Notes: a model not told the origin generated them from the sequence alone. Shown: positions 9,301 through 17,820, numbered from the stretch's first letter. The stretch: DNA of 55,112 nt from an uncultured virus (IMG/VR IMGVR_UViG_3300031841_003153) (IMGVR_UViG_3300031841_003153); one strand, 5' to 3'. A program made the numbers and translations.

Positions 9301-11644
9301 CATTAACGTCAATTTCTTTGTTTTTCTGACGGGTAAACGAAAACTCATCTTGCGTATTGAAGCGAGTCGCCTTTCTACCGCCACTACCGGACGGGTTAAA
9401 CTCTTCATTTAATGGCTTTCTATAGGTAGTATTTATATCTTCAACAAATTGCCTAGATTTTGCAAAGTCCCTAACATTACCACCAGCGTTAAACTTTTGA
9501 GCTTCCGGCTCAGGATTTGCCTGAGTGGGCTGAATCAAAGATATGTCAGTAGCCTTCTTTTTGAAACTCTTAAAAAGTTGAAGTATTTTCTTTGACTCTT
9601 CTTCATTTGCGGCAAAGCGGGACGCTTTTAATTGACCAACGCTTCTAGTATCGCCACCAGCCTGAGTCTCATCGGCCATTTCGACTCTCTTATCCCTTCT
9701 GGCAGTCAGAGTCTCTTGGTCGGGGATAACCGCTGTAATCGCCTTTGCCGCCCTTACTAGATCAACCGTGGTCTGAGAGAGAGGAACTTCGCCTTTTCCA
9801 CGAACTTTTGTTGGTTTTTTGGTTGTCTGTGCCCCACTAAGCACAATAAAGTCGTTATACTTTTCTAAATCCTGTTTAGACTTTACAAAATTTTCACCAT
9901 AGATTTTTCTTGCGAGAGTTGTCTTACCCGAACCGGCTGGACCCCACACAAGTTGTTTGATGTTTTTTCCTTGTATAATCGCATCTCTGATTGCATTTGC
10001 TTCCGATTTGTCTTTAATTTGATCCGTATCGAGAATACCAGTTTTTCCACCCTCCGCAAACTTCTGTGCCCTTGGGATGTAACCACCTTTGGCTCTTTTT
10101 ACACCGCTACCACCAGAATTCATAGCCTGTAAACGACTGGCACCTATTTCTTTGGCACTACTTTTTCTTATTACAAACTCTCCCGGCTCCAGCATAGCAG
10201 GAACCGTATCACCATTCCCCTGACCGGGAACAAATCCTCCGCGATTAAATCCGAGAATTTTACCACCGGCATTTCTTCTTTGCGACCCTCTACCAAAAAT
10301 CTGTAGCAATCCGGGTGCCAAACTTCGCCCCAGCTTGATTGCTGCAATCTTGGTTAGTAGTGGCAATACAGTCTCAAGAGACTCGGCAAACTTTAAGAAA
10401 GTATTAGCAAGTTTAAGAACAAATTTAGCGGAATCTTGGAATGTGTCACTTGCAGTAAACTTACGAATAAGAGCATCGAAAGATTCTCTAGTTTTACTTA
10501 ACTGAACAGCCAAAGATTTTTGTGCTTCTTGGGCGTCCTTAGAAGTAGACCCGACCGAGTTGTTTGCTACCGCCAATGCCCTCTGAGTAACCTCAAACTG
10601 TTTAATCAGAGGAATAACCTTACCAATCTGACGGAATCCACCAAGCTGTTCAACAATCTCGTTGAATCGAACATCTTTGGGATCTAATCCGGCAAGCCCA
10701 ATCGCTAATTTTTCAATAGCCTTTAATGGACCGACAAATTTACCTTCTGCATCTTGCAGACTGATGCCCAGTTCATTAAGAGCATCAATTGTGTCTTTTC
10801 TCTGTAATCTAGTAAAAATGGTACGGAAACCAGTAGCAATTGTTTCAGCACCTTCGCGAGTAGTTTGACGAACGCTTGTGAAAAGAGCAATAAGCTCTTT
10901 AAGATTACCACCGGCAGCTTGAAAAACACCACCAGTTCTACGAACAGTTGCGATAAGGTCGGAAGATTCTACAGCAAAATTCTTAGAAACAGCATTGATA
11001 GCGTCTAAAGACTGCTCTAAAAACTTAATGTCATTACCAGTTTTAGCGGCCTGTCTACCAAACTGATTAAGAATAGCAATCGCACCCTCTGTGGTGTCGA
11101 TAATATTATCAAAGGTGGGAGCTAGTGTTGTTTGAGCCAAAACTTCCAACGCCTGCTTGGTCTTTAAAGCTGAAAGACCAGCCTGAGCCAATACCCTAGA
11201 AGTTTGAAGAAGTTCTGCATTAGCGACACCAAGACTTGTAGAAAGTCTGGTGACCTCACCCTGCAAACTTTGAAGTTGATCTAATGTTTTTCCAGTAACC
11301 TGAGAAATCTTAACGAGTTCTCTTTCAAACTCAATAGCACTACCAATGGAGGTTTTAATACCCCTAGCGAGGGATATGAAACTACCTGTGGCAACAGTAA
11401 TAACACTGAATCTACGAGCGGCCTCGGCAACATTTCGACCTAAAAGATTAAAACTCTTAGAAGCTCTGTCTCCCTCTTTGGCAACCGATCCTAAATTTTG
11501 CTGAACAGTAGCCAAATTCTTAGCATTTTTACCAACATCAATATTTAATTTGATATTGCTCAAATCACGCTGAATTTGATTTGCTACGCCTCTTGTGTTA
11601 GGAGCTTGTAATTGAAGTTGTGCCGTTAAATTGAAAGCTGCCAT
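332..11644 (-). CDS. Tape measure protein (3770 aa) with internal cargo-like domains
   Basis: N-terminal TP901-type TMP region (AIEFERELVKISQVTG, NAVSKNFAVESSDL, ETIATGFRTIFTRL), long Ala/Gly helical and coiled-coil stretches, four DT(V/I)PAML.xGEFV motifs; downstream of tail tube and chaperones. Confidence 0.92.
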   Translation of the reverse strand: MAAFNLTAQLQLQAPNTRGVANQIQRDLSNIKLNIDVGKNAKNLATVQQNLGSVAKEGDRASKSFNLLGRNVAEAARRFSVITVATGSFISLARGIKTSIGSAIEFERELVKISQVTGKTLDQLQSLQGEVTRLSTSLGVANAELLQTSRVLAQAGLSALKTKQALEVLAQTTLAPTFDNIIDTTEGAIAILNQFGRQAAKTGNDIKFLEQSLDAINAVSKNFAVESSDLIATVRRTGGVFQAAGGNLKELIALFTSVRQTTREGAETIATGFRTIFTRLQRKDTIDALNELGISLQDAEGKFVGPLKAIEKLAIGLAGLDPKDVRFNEIVEQLGGFRQIGKVIPLIKQFEVTQRALAVANNSVGSTSKDAQEAQKSLAVQLSKTRESFDALIRKFTASDTFQDSAKFVLKLANTFLKFAESLETVLPLLTKIAAIKLGRSLAPGLLQIFGRGSQRRNAGGKILGFNRGGFVPGQGNGDTVPAMLEPGEFVIRKSSAKEIGASRLQAMNSGGSGVKRAKGGYIPRAQKFAEGGKTGILDTDQIKDKSEANAIRDAIIQGKNIKQLVWGPAGSGKTTLARKIYGENFVKSKQDLEKYNDFIVLSGAQTTKKPTKVRGKGEVPLSQTTVDLVRAAKAITAVIPDQETLTARRDKRVEMADETQAGGDTRSVGQLKASRFAANEEESKKILQLFKSFKKKATDISLIQPTQANPEPEAQKFNAGGNVRDFAKSRQFVEDINTTYRKPLNEEFNPSGSGGRKATRFNTQDEFSFTRQKNKEIDVNEVDQRIGGVRQYKQAVKAKNAQERGFAFERVAESLLGINLEKDASNSRLDATGPGGQRYEIKSLTRDGNVADFSTKGLGEKMVGAAIDPITKTDQRVKDQFTRQRLTASSDGDDINLGRITLIQDVTDSEELARKTKNDGTKRKNAKNAALGGLIQKFALGGIATKNKVGAAILDPDDGIAAESVNVGIKDVSPYITKSTEAQRKGLSKEFSSKKYSIVRQGLNQKTSDGFKDTLLEGAAKGVNDAVSGLGADLGLGSVTPDPSDIGKLKERIRSSGALGGPFENALNILSNKGRFKPAPQNAPFDFPDGLSGAVKDNYDNLPGSYVDAKSSYAAAGTEGIKGKIAQEIAAEYKGSSTYKNLAADTGSGDKAGLQRALRARFPNRSERAGYSLSDFQTATGRKYKASELKELGFTKVGGTKYLNKGGSANGPAPSDTVPAMLTPGEFVFSKKAAESIGYGRLNKMNKKGVEGFAAGGAVGVQKFAAGGGPVESGDFGLTKPKDLALVNAQAKANAAAFKQLTEEINSLNLGADGAKTAVLNFARNFDSAADTALQIQDALGKAGDIENFISPGGADRTGKKQRGVGGESEGRKFLGPGLPQGRSGDEIAEIAREADALAESFQYLGEDTREGQKAVQAYRKALNDGSSRTEALSKGQVAGQAAADVLNKQMKDLNDAYAAGEISQDQLTEATDKLIQEGKAKKLPSGPSGPGGGGGSTESQEEAAARAKEVGDKFNNLSDVLNKFTNAAIGITLVGGTLVESFAGLDEGTKRQTEAALNSAAATIGLFTQVASLGLEIGGQIASSAILKAANRDLAVSAGQASVALKGVGGGGGGGGEGQGKGAAFANVAAVAAIAITGLIAGIKAYNAFLREGLKIQIENANKVADAELEALEGGKPASEEKFVKAREKAAVANLRIAQLNAKEGNQTKGAFVGAAAGAAAAAGGFFAAGIALQGIPVLGTILGAALIAGAGAAYLYAKSQEASAKQQEENLRLTTSIARNSAEVQFRSIKVAKDFQQALKEAGDAGATAAQKVGLLGGFIDNAQAQIAENQQKLEKVREDRAKLRANLVEEGIVSETGETLKSENEIADDASISNRIKQLEELEKQVEAAEKASADLSTNLVSELNNVKIEGKKAVSEAISELTKFGPAALSSVGSLSDLTKRFPELAASFVETRENIEKLVNLSFKSRIKAAEEAGDTDKVAALKTQRDATIEQAQLEQSVSAQELLVAQNKLATTTLLAENAQRQQALTLLKVNKNLSAFNLLLAQSDSLGNIYQQIDDIGNEGSFGAIEFDTTVFDVPFEQLNKKAIERINRLGRGVIGKDAEGFSKSISQTQTVIRDLPSVFADFKRQSENGELINIPDLNTALTEEITKSIPGGLNGLGPDLRAIIKKNVDKAIGSEKIGGGLSLEDQQKLTEELKENVRAQIEVFKRGVEIQNQFLQKQSQINSKIVAAQESTINAFADASKVFERNQDRLAKASENPRSRQERERGRRAAANIALGPDALRAGARAGDVNATLKAFNDLTKKSKDLRDKQRDLIRNGAEFGDNLNDLGIAASKAEAGSNEAAKGAARARAELERLADQSAKAADIEKDLSELRGRRAEAEGLQESVAFGTDDQRQEIFKGFALLNRALAQGSIAGATGDQRQLISQALDSVGSQLINFEGQQVTGKELKQILAARETGRLGLGGLNQFIDGLRKAENPLLGELKELGKQELTASLALAGIEAAELTELKGIRKDLRNVFGEDLAAAQAGAQGEIGAGEQQQQEVIKRNNEVIDGLRENLGKLTPVLSSLKKQLEVSGQAVTSAVKVIQDLDNNKSDSPQAVTKSRGGSVYMNRGGVVPGSASTPKGMEEVFKPKGTDTVPAMLQQGEFVIKKSSVDKIGKDTLQQMNNGGTVYAANGFNAGLSFGSGKKSKFDLSGVREAEEALKRAKGGAVYLFGGGSGTTAVISKQREREKLKEIAKREGISVEEAARRRGEQINQRRLKAVQASSSTAPNFVEQAYLDVLLGGSIRDQREEGGLLAQSAVESTFSDFNPEIIARNKGTVAGSARTPEEKGVYFQEPKNEEEFKERERKLNETIAEEEEQARQREARAKDIAYRELVRQGKAEEAATQYPNIDAKYKAQERRQDQSLSESTYNQLVRERQRRAASRQADAQERLDRIDQQSNKFDYRGELRTGYDIKTGEFSEPAPGTQELVGLSSESYKSQIQRLKDEITETGSDAARAELEQLQNEKIQLEKRARGDFLEVDTSDLDKEFKNPETGEFYTAKERREIQARKDAEAQEAYNKRTKEAQKRADEADARFEAGQKERKRQPDGTYQGGATVVDLADSRARDREKDAEIERLNSEFQLGPTFGETEEEKQARTFARIRELQNETITMPDGSTRKLTNSEISDQIAQEATQATYSDRQLATMGRSSGFFGSDAATDAIMQNGLDVKFDDEGILVAGDAPNKPVTRKSPEPTFSSDPKLRAKAKKKYDEQQAKRSDIYKDRETGAIFENEEAAVAAGIQSAIRRDEVRRLTVDPNTGESQKSQEEKSKYKQQYYKDNNIASDAIAPIEKEAAEKYAEREYQTRLREDASKRREDRKDFVYARKAGYSGNIEDWRNTRDVGNLADKYIPPEKRKEAEEKKPNKADAAPAGAAPAATGDGSEVAKVKQRQAEEDARSKKIVEDIGPPDESLKGVFPDDGLRDSLKANIEADKQAELDAAKAKDQAAASGQLQTNEKSEINRFSQAKYNRLLRTNGPAVANRYARANGKTSDNARNKNQAGKKAPQGQEAILKLLFNLLKGAGIKNPADFLKQAQGFNNGGGTQDTIPAMLTPGEFVVNPKSAQKIGMKNLKEMNENGVMPQKFAKGGVVGGMKTSYLSDGGNGSGGMGPLEINTGPLTEVFDKFSAAFGSRLDNILGQFDFIAGAVDNLATAINNGMKISHSFSGDMTMTFNLGEEQVSNIVSAVGNAMTPKIEEIIKKEVDQKFNKNSFKAGG

Positions 11645-11708
11645 TTTTACCTTCTTATGCTAAAACTAACGGGGCATATGTTGCCCCGCTACTATTTTCC
11701 CATAATGC

Positions 11709-11717
11709 TATACACAA
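11709..11717 (-). promoter_or_regulatory. Putative late promoter motif TTGTGTATA
   Basis: Same motif upstream of six late genes; here 65 bp upstream of TMP. Confidence 0.6.
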
Positions 11718-11723
11718 TTATTA

Positions 11724-12683
11724 TTAACTAGATGCTTTTTTTGACTGTGTAGTTTTTTTAGTTCTTTTTGCTTTTGGTTTAACCTCCTTGGCAACCAAAT
11801 CTTCTTCACTTTGCAGATCCTCTTCTTTGGCAGAGATGATAGGATTTCCATCTTCGTCCAAGAATGGCTGCCTTACCTCTTTGCCCTTTTCGACCCAAGT
11901 GACATCACCATTATCATCCGTAATGGAAACAACCTCGACACCAGACCTGTTAACAAAATACTTGTTTTCTTCCGTCTGTTCGTCATTTCGATAGGCTACA
12001 TATCTACCATCTTCGTCGATAAGATTTCCTTCAATGTCAACGAGATGACCATCGGAATTAACAAGTCTAAGATCATCATTTACAAACTCAAATTCTTTGA
12101 GAAACTTGTTTTCAGCCAGCTTGTTGTCATAATCTGGATCAAGGCCGTAGATCATACTAGCGAGTTCCGAAGAAGCCTGTGCAACCCAAGGCTGATCACC
12201 ACTTGCATCGTAATCCTTTTGGGTTTGAAAATACGGCTTTTTTGTAGTTGGATTCAACATACAAAGCCTTACCAATTCCGAGAATCTAGCGTTATCAGCT
12301 TGGCCCTCTACAGAGTTTTGATCCAAAGCATTTTTCTCAGCGATAAACTCTCTAAACTCATAACGAAGACCACGAAGCTCCAAAGCGATGTCCTTAGCTT
12401 CTGACAACTTAATACCACCACTGTTGATAATTGATTCTTTTGCGTTAATCTCTTCAACGTAGCGGTCGTTTTCTGCTTGTTTAGCTTCGTTCCATATTCC
12501 CTGCTCGGTCATATAATCACTAAGTTTCTGACGCAACAGAGCACCAGAATCCAACGCTTTTCGGAAAGCCTTGTTGTATTCAATCTGCGAATCTCTGTAT
12601 TCTTGGGGTCCGGGAGTTTTAAGCATAACCTTAACTGACTTCCCATCTTTGTCCAAGCCTTCGATAACTTTGTTATTTTCCAT
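11724..12683 (-). CDS. Putative tail assembly chaperone
   Basis: 319 aa, immediately upstream of TMP; acidic DGxLVDxEG repeats; positional inference. Confidence 0.5.
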   Translation of the reverse strand: MENNKVIEGLDKDGKSVKVMLKTPGPQEYRDSQIEYNKAFRKALDSGALLRQKLSDYMTEQGIWNEAKQAENDRYVEEINAKESIINSGGIKLSEAKDIALELRGLRYEFREFIAEKNALDQNSVEGQADNARFSELVRLCMLNPTTKKPYFQTQKDYDASGDQPWVAQASSELASMIYGLDPDYDNKLAENKFLKEFEFVNDDLRLVNSDGHLVDIEGNLIDEDGRYVAYRNDEQTEENKYFVNRSGVEVVSITDDNGDVTWVEKGKEVRQPFLDEDGNPIISAKEEDLQSEEDLVAKEVKPKAKRTKKTTQSKKASS

Positions 12684-13065
12684 TCTTATTCTCCTGATTT
12701 TTTTCTGAAACTGGTAAATTAATTTGAAATCTCTTTTTAGTAACCTCGTAATTTGAAAATTCAGACTCTAAATTCCTTATCTGATTGTTGCCCTTGTCGA
12801 GAATGTCGGCTCTGGCTTCATCATATATATCCTTTAGCTGTTTTTGTTCTTCCGATAATTCATCAGACCCTTCAAATGACCACAGAAAACCAAAACGTTT
12901 TTCAACAACGTCCAAGGCTCCAATCATTGTTGTCTGAATCTTCTTTTTGCAGGATTTAAAAAGGATATCTTTGGAAACTTCTTTTTTCCTTTGGTCTCTT
13001 ATATTTTTTAAATCTATGGACTGCTTTAAGAAACTGTTGTATTCTGGATCTTTGTCTTTTGTCAT
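12673..13065 (-). CDS. Hypothetical protein (tail module)
   Basis: 130-aa ORF closely packed with neighbours. Confidence 0.6.
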   Translation of the reverse strand: MTKDKDPEYNSFLKQSIDLKNIRDQRKKEVSKDILFKSCKKKIQTTMIGALDVVEKRFGFLWSFEGSDELSEEQKQLKDIYDEARADILDKGNNQIRNLESEFSNYEVTKKRFQINLPVSEKNQENKNGK

Positions 13066-13066
13066 T

Positions 13067-14119
13067 TCATTTTCCTCTTCCTTTTACTGTTTGAATTCCG
13101 GTTTGTATAGCGTTGATAGCTCTATCCTGTTTAACATCTGCAAAATCCTTAAAGTGTAGGTCACCATCGGTTTCTTTAATTTGCTTCTGTCTAGACTGAA
13201 TTGTTGATCTGGCAGTTCCAGCATTAAGATCGTATATATTTTGAGCATCCTCTTGGTTTGTAGCCATAAGCATGACCTCTTGAGCGTTTGCATTTTTAGA
13301 TCCTGCCAATTTTGCATCTGCTGCCGCTGCAAGTCTTTCTTTTTCGTTCTTCCTTTTTTGAACTATAAACCATCCATCCAGAGCGTCGTCATCGTCTACA
13401 ATAGCCTCTACTGGGCTTTCTGGGTGTTCATAAACGTTATCGTACATCGTTGCAAAAGAAACCAAAGAAAGCTGTTGACCATCCATCTGTGTACTACACT
13501 TACCAAAAACGTCCCCTCTCGTCTTTGAGGTAGACCACATAGTTCTAAATGGAGAAGATCTTGCTACTTTTCTGAAACTTTCTGTGGTAATAGTCTGGGA
13601 ACTGTAAATGTCTAAAAGACTACTAGAAGAAATATCTGCAAAATTATAAATATTACCATCAATAGTTTTTGTTGTATTAGAAAGAATCCAAGACTTTCTT
13701 GTGAATCCAGCAACACCTTCACAAGTAAGGTGGTCAAACTGGTGCTCTTTAGCGAGTATTTTTCCTCTCAAATTTTCAGTCATTCTAATATTAGCCTTTA
13801 TTCCTTTCGCTTCCTTCTTCTTAAAAAAGTTCTCAAAAAGATGAACTTTTAAATCTTCTACCTTTTTTTCTAATTCCTCTGCCTGCTTCTTGTCAAATGG
13901 ACTCCATAGGCCCATTTCACAAAGTAAATTTATGGCATCTTCCTTTAAGTAACATCCAGAGAAATAAGCTCGTTTTTTAGCCTCTTCATAAACCTCGTAA
14001 GATTCTTCTAGAATAAGGCTATCCGGCTCATAAATAAACAGAACAAGGTCGCCCACTTTTACTCGTAGGCGACCTTGGATAATTCTGTTTAAAATTCTCT
14101 CATAGTAAATATCATCCAA
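13067..14119 (-). CDS. Hypothetical protein, possible tail assembly chaperone
   Basis: 350 aa between tail tube and TMP. Confidence 0.55.
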   Translation of the reverse strand: MDDIYYERILNRIIQGRLRVKVGDLVLFIYEPDSLILEESYEVYEEAKKRAYFSGCYLKEDAINLLCEMGLWSPFDKKQAEELEKKVEDLKVHLFENFFKKKEAKGIKANIRMTENLRGKILAKEHQFDHLTCEGVAGFTRKSWILSNTTKTIDGNIYNFADISSSSLLDIYSSQTITTESFRKVARSSPFRTMWSTSKTRGDVFGKCSTQMDGQQLSLVSFATMYDNVYEHPESPVEAIVDDDDALDGWFIVQKRKNEKERLAAAADAKLAGSKNANAQEVMLMATNQEDAQNIYDLNAGTARSTIQSRQKQIKETDGDLHFKDFADVKQDRAINAIQTGIQTVKGRGK

Positions 14120-14150
14120 GTCCTAGTCCTTTTACTAATAACTTTAAAAG

Positions 14151-15170
14151 TTACGATGGCGAAAAGTCGGAACCATCGTCAACGATTAGGGCGTTAAAGT
14201 TGGTGTAAGAATAAGTAACATTCGAGTTACCACCACCAGTGTCACCACCAGAATAGGAAATCGAAGACAACTTGTTCTTGTTGCTAAGATCAATAACGGT
14301 TCCAGCATCGTCTTTAAGCACGATCTCCTGATCTACCAAGTTCTTGTTGATACCTGAAACGCTCTTTAGGTCACCGGAAGTTGCAATAACTTCAAACTCA
14401 CAACTAACCTCAATTGGGAAAGTCACGAACTTAGCGTAAGGCCCAAATCGACCCAATTCAAGCAAGTTCTCCTGACCAAAGTCAGCACTAACAGAAACGG
14501 ACTGGAGATGGTAGTTACCATGTCCAACAGGATCATTAACCAAGTCACCCTCTTGAGACTTAACAAGATCTGGAAGCGTGCTATTGGTAAGGTCAATGTC
14601 GGTTCTACGAACAACACCGGAAGCTGGTGTATCTGAACCAAACTCACCATTGGTGATCGTTCCAAATTGAGTGAGAGGATCACTTCCGGTTCCGCCTGCA
14701 ACAGAGTTCCAGAACCTATCGTTACCAACAAGTGCTAATGATTCAGTCGCGTTGCCGTCAACGTTATAGGTATAACCAACGCTAGAAATGTAACAACCAG
14801 AATTCCAACACACATTACGAGCTTGACCAGTCGCGTTTGACTGAGCGTCATCGAAAATCGAAAGATAAACATCTGAGCGATTCTTAACAGCGGCAACCAA
14901 GTCTGTCTTACAAAGACCGTTAGAAGCCAACATGAAAAGCAGTGTTTCACCATCAATAACCTTTTCAAGCGAAACTTCAATGTCTGCAACATCTTCTACG
15001 TTCTCATAAATTTCAAGCTGACCAATTTCAAAAATCTGATCTAGCGAAAAGTTAGAGTTCATTCCAACGCTTTGCAAACCGCGAGCGATGTGCGGTGCCG
15101 TGGGAGCAACCCCGGTCTTAACAATCGCTACAGCCTGACAAGCGTAGAAAATTCTATCGTTTCTAGCCAT
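14151..15170 (-). CDS. Major tail tube protein
   Basis: 339 aa, two related halves (GLQSVGMNSNFSLDQIFEIGQ / LQSVSVSADFGQENLLELGR), GGAG RBS, own promoter motif, position. Confidence 0.75.
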   Translation of the reverse strand: MARNDRIFYACQAVAIVKTGVAPTAPHIARGLQSVGMNSNFSLDQIFEIGQLEIYENVEDVADIEVSLEKVIDGETLLFMLASNGLCKTDLVAAVKNRSDVYLSIFDDAQSNATGQARNVCWNSGCYISSVGYTYNVDGNATESLALVGNDRFWNSVAGGTGSDPLTQFGTITNGEFGSDTPASGVVRRTDIDLTNSTLPDLVKSQEGDLVNDPVGHGNYHLQSVSVSADFGQENLLELGRFGPYAKFVTFPIEVSCEFEVIATSGDLKSVSGINKNLVDQEIVLKDDAGTVIDLSNKNKLSSISYSGGDTGGGNSNVTYSYTNFNALIVDDGSDFSPS

Positions 15171-15220
15171 TCTATTCTCCTTAGAGTTTATTCAAGTCCT
15201 CTGGTAAAAGACTAATAATA

Positions 15221-15229
15221 TATACGCAA
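15221..15229 (-). promoter_or_regulatory. Putative late promoter motif TTGCGTATA
   Basis: Upstream of tail tube gene. Confidence 0.6.
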
Positions 15230-15236
15230 AAACTAA

Positions 15237-16223
15237 TTAAACGGGACCAATTTCGGTAGAACAGCGAGCCACGCCCATATAAAGGTCAACAGAAAGCTGC
15301 GTAACAGAAGCACCTCTTGTGTTATTTATCCAGCATTGCCTGTATGGATAATTTTCAACCAAACTAGGATAAATCCCACTTGCTCTAGCATGTCCTCTCA
15401 ACTCTCTCTGTCTTCCATTTTCAAAAGTGTAAGGAGAAACGCCAGAAGCGGCAACTTGAGTAGGATCATATAGTTTGATAGTTCTATCATTTTGAGAAAT
15501 TACAGTGTCCATCAGATTCACCGTTTCCCAATGATTTTCGCTCATAATATAAAAAACAACATCTGGCCTTACCCACTGCCCACCACCAAGTTGGTAGCCT
15601 TGGGTGCTTTGGGCAGGAACGACCTCTACCGCTATAGCTGGAAGCTGGACTCTTGTTTGCCCTAAATGCACCCATCCACCAGAACCATACACCTGAAAAT
15701 CTGACTCATTTCTAAACGAATTAGTTTGCAACTGCTGAAACCAAGAAATACCCTTGGCCGGAACTACTTGAACCCTTTTATGGCTGTAGGCTATTGTAAC
15801 GTCGCTAGTGGTAGGTTCGGCAGAATCGAAAACAACTCTGCCCAAATCATAGTCAATGTAAAACGGCTTTGTAACATTGTCAACAGCATAAAAAGAACCG
15901 TCAACAAAGACACCAGAAGGAGTAATTGGTTGTTCCGTAGTTCCGTCTACGCTACCGTTACCCTCCCAAACCCAGTTTTGTCTGTATCCCTCCCAGACCT
16001 GCCCCTCGTTATAATTAGGCGAATCTACGAGTCTTAGTTTATGACGATCTCCACCATAAATACCACTTTGGGGAATATTTATATTGTAAAAACCCCCCTT
16101 GTCTAGTAATCCCCAGTCGTAGAAATTAACAAAGTTGTCCAGCACCAACTCCGAAAGGGTTACATCGGTAGCCTTGTCCTGACCCCAAGCTAGGTTAAGT
16201 TTTGTAGTGTTGTCTCCGGGCAT
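15237..16223 (-). CDS. Putative tail terminator/neck protein
   Basis: 328 aa; VQLPAIAVEV...YQLGGG motif; directly upstream of tail tube. Confidence 0.55.
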   Translation of the reverse strand: MPGDNTTKLNLAWGQDKATDVTLSELVLDNFVNFYDWGLLDKGGFYNINIPQSGIYGGDRHKLRLVDSPNYNEGQVWEGYRQNWVWEGNGSVDGTTEQPITPSGVFVDGSFYAVDNVTKPFYIDYDLGRVVFDSAEPTTSDVTIAYSHKRVQVVPAKGISWFQQLQTNSFRNESDFQVYGSGGWVHLGQTRVQLPAIAVEVVPAQSTQGYQLGGGQWVRPDVVFYIMSENHWETVNLMDTVISQNDRTIKLYDPTQVAASGVSPYTFENGRQRELRGHARASGIYPSLVENYPYRQCWINNTRGASVTQLSVDLYMGVARCSTEIGPV

Positions 16224-16843
16224 TAAAAGGCTCCTTTAATTATCCTTGTTATATCTGGTTCAATTCTTTCAACGGCTCTAGTTATAAAGTTGTTATCTCT
16301 AGTTCCCGAAAAGGCACTATTAACTTTATATGGAGCAAATTTTGAATTCATTCTTGCCTGACCCGATCTAGTATCTTGAAAAGCACCAAACTGCACACCA
16401 AAATTAGCAATTATAATAGAATCACCCAGAGTTAAAAGCCACTCCAACCAAGGCAGGCTACCACCTTCTATTGGTTGTTGGGCAACATCTAATGATAAAA
16501 GATTGCTAAAACTAGCCGGTTGCATAATCACCCTTATTCCGCCAGTTAGGTTTTTTGAGGATATTGGAAAATATTGAACCTTTAAACTTTTAACTATGGC
16601 CTCAACTATATCGGCGGACGGATCTCTTTCAAGACCAAATTCAGCACGAAGTATACCACTTTGTAGAGATAATATCTCTGGACTAGCTAAAAGTGCAGTA
16701 GAAACAAGGGGTCTTATCTGATTTCTTACCTTGGGAATCTTCTTAGGAATATTCTTATTGGCTTCATCAGCTATGGCCTTATTAACCTTTTTTCTAAACT
16801 GATTTTCAGTCTCTACTAACTTTATACTTGTTTTTCTTACCAT
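16223..16843 (-). CDS. Putative neck/tail completion protein
   Basis: 206 aa; C-terminal GTRDNNFITRAVE resembles HK97 gp10-like neck proteins; TAATG coupling. Confidence 0.5.
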   Translation of the reverse strand: MVRKTSIKLVETENQFRKKVNKAIADEANKNIPKKIPKVRNQIRPLVSTALLASPEILSLQSGILRAEFGLERDPSADIVEAIVKSLKVQYFPISSKNLTGGIRVIMQPASFSNLLSLDVAQQPIEGGSLPWLEWLLTLGDSIIIANFGVQFGAFQDTRSGQARMNSKFAPYKVNSAFSGTRDNNFITRAVERIEPDITRIIKGAF

Positions 16844-17358
16844 TAGGCATTAGCCCTCGACCAAAACGTTACAACATATTTAGTTTCATTCTGCTTAAAA
16901 CCTTGCGGAAAAGAGGTGCCGGTTTTTTCATACTTAGCATTAGTGTCATAGTTTTCTATTCCGTCATATGATGGAATCATATACTTACACTTTTCTATCT
17001 TGTCAAGATCTGTTAAGTATGCAATGGTCTGGATTCCTCCGTCTGGGATATTTATTTCAGCACCGGTTTTTACCCAGTTTTTTCTATCCCAATAAATTCT
17101 TAACGTGATAGTATCACTGGACTCTACAGACTTATACCCTTTGCCACCACAGTAAGGACAGGGCATACCTCTTTCAAAAGGGTACGGACCTCCCTGTTGA
17201 TAGATGCTAATAGACCTGTTTCTTGTGCCCATAGCACCAAGAATGCAATTAGGGCAATCTTCTTTGAATTCAGGATAAATCAACCTAGCACTTCTCGTAA
17301 AAAGTAACAACGCTTCATTAAACTTATCGAAAGCACACTTGGGTATATTGAAAGCCAC
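16843..17358 (-). CDS. Putative head-closure protein
   Basis: 171 aa with CPNC...CPYCGGKG; position in head-tail block. Confidence 0.5.
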   Translation of the reverse strand: MAFNIPKCAFDKFNEALLLFTRSARLIYPEFKEDCPNCILGAMGTRNRSISIYQQGGPYPFERGMPCPYCGGKGYKSVESSDTITLRIYWDRKNWVKTGAEINIPDGGIQTIAYLTDLDKIEKCKYMIPSYDGIENYDTNAKYEKTGTSFPQGFKQNETKYVVTFWSRANA

Positions 17359-17798
17359 TAGATAATCCTATATGTTAAGTGTCCGCCGATGTTTCCGGCG
17401 GTAGTTGTTATATTGAGATTTTCGCCAACTTCTGTTATGAACAGGTAGTCATCGCCAGAAGCAGAGGAAGAAACACCACCATTTGCAGCCACGGCAAAAG
17501 GGCCACCAATAGCAGTCGAATTAGACTCAAAAGTAACAGTCGAAGCAGCGTCACTAACAAATACATATGATAAAACTTCAAACTGCCTTCCTTCAATACC
17601 GGTAGCAAGAAGCTGAGTAGAAGCAGTTTCTAAGATTTGAACACTAACTTCAATACCGTACCTGTAGTAGTCTTGAGGAACGTCTGTTCTAGTGAAGGCT
17701 GGATTTGACAGATCGGTAGCCTCTCCGGTAACAGTTGTAAAAACCGTACCACCACCCTCATTGAACCCGTTTCCGCCGATAATTTTTTGTGAACTCAT
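17358..17798 (-). CDS. Hypothetical virion protein
   Basis: 146 aa beta-rich, GGAG RBS. Confidence 0.55.
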   Translation of the reverse strand: MSSQKIIGGNGFNEGGGTVFTTVTGEATDLSNPAFTRTDVPQDYYRYGIEVSVQILETASTQLLATGIEGRQFEVLSYVFVSDAASTVTFESNSTAIGGPFAVAANGGVSSSASGDDYLFITEVGENLNITTTAGNIGGHLTYRII

Positions 17799-17820
17799 AT
17801 CTTTTCTCCATTAGTGAATA

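Noticed and set aside
11724..14119. Programmed frameshift in tail chaperone genes
   Set aside because: Three separate ORFs with their own starts; no convincing slippery site identified
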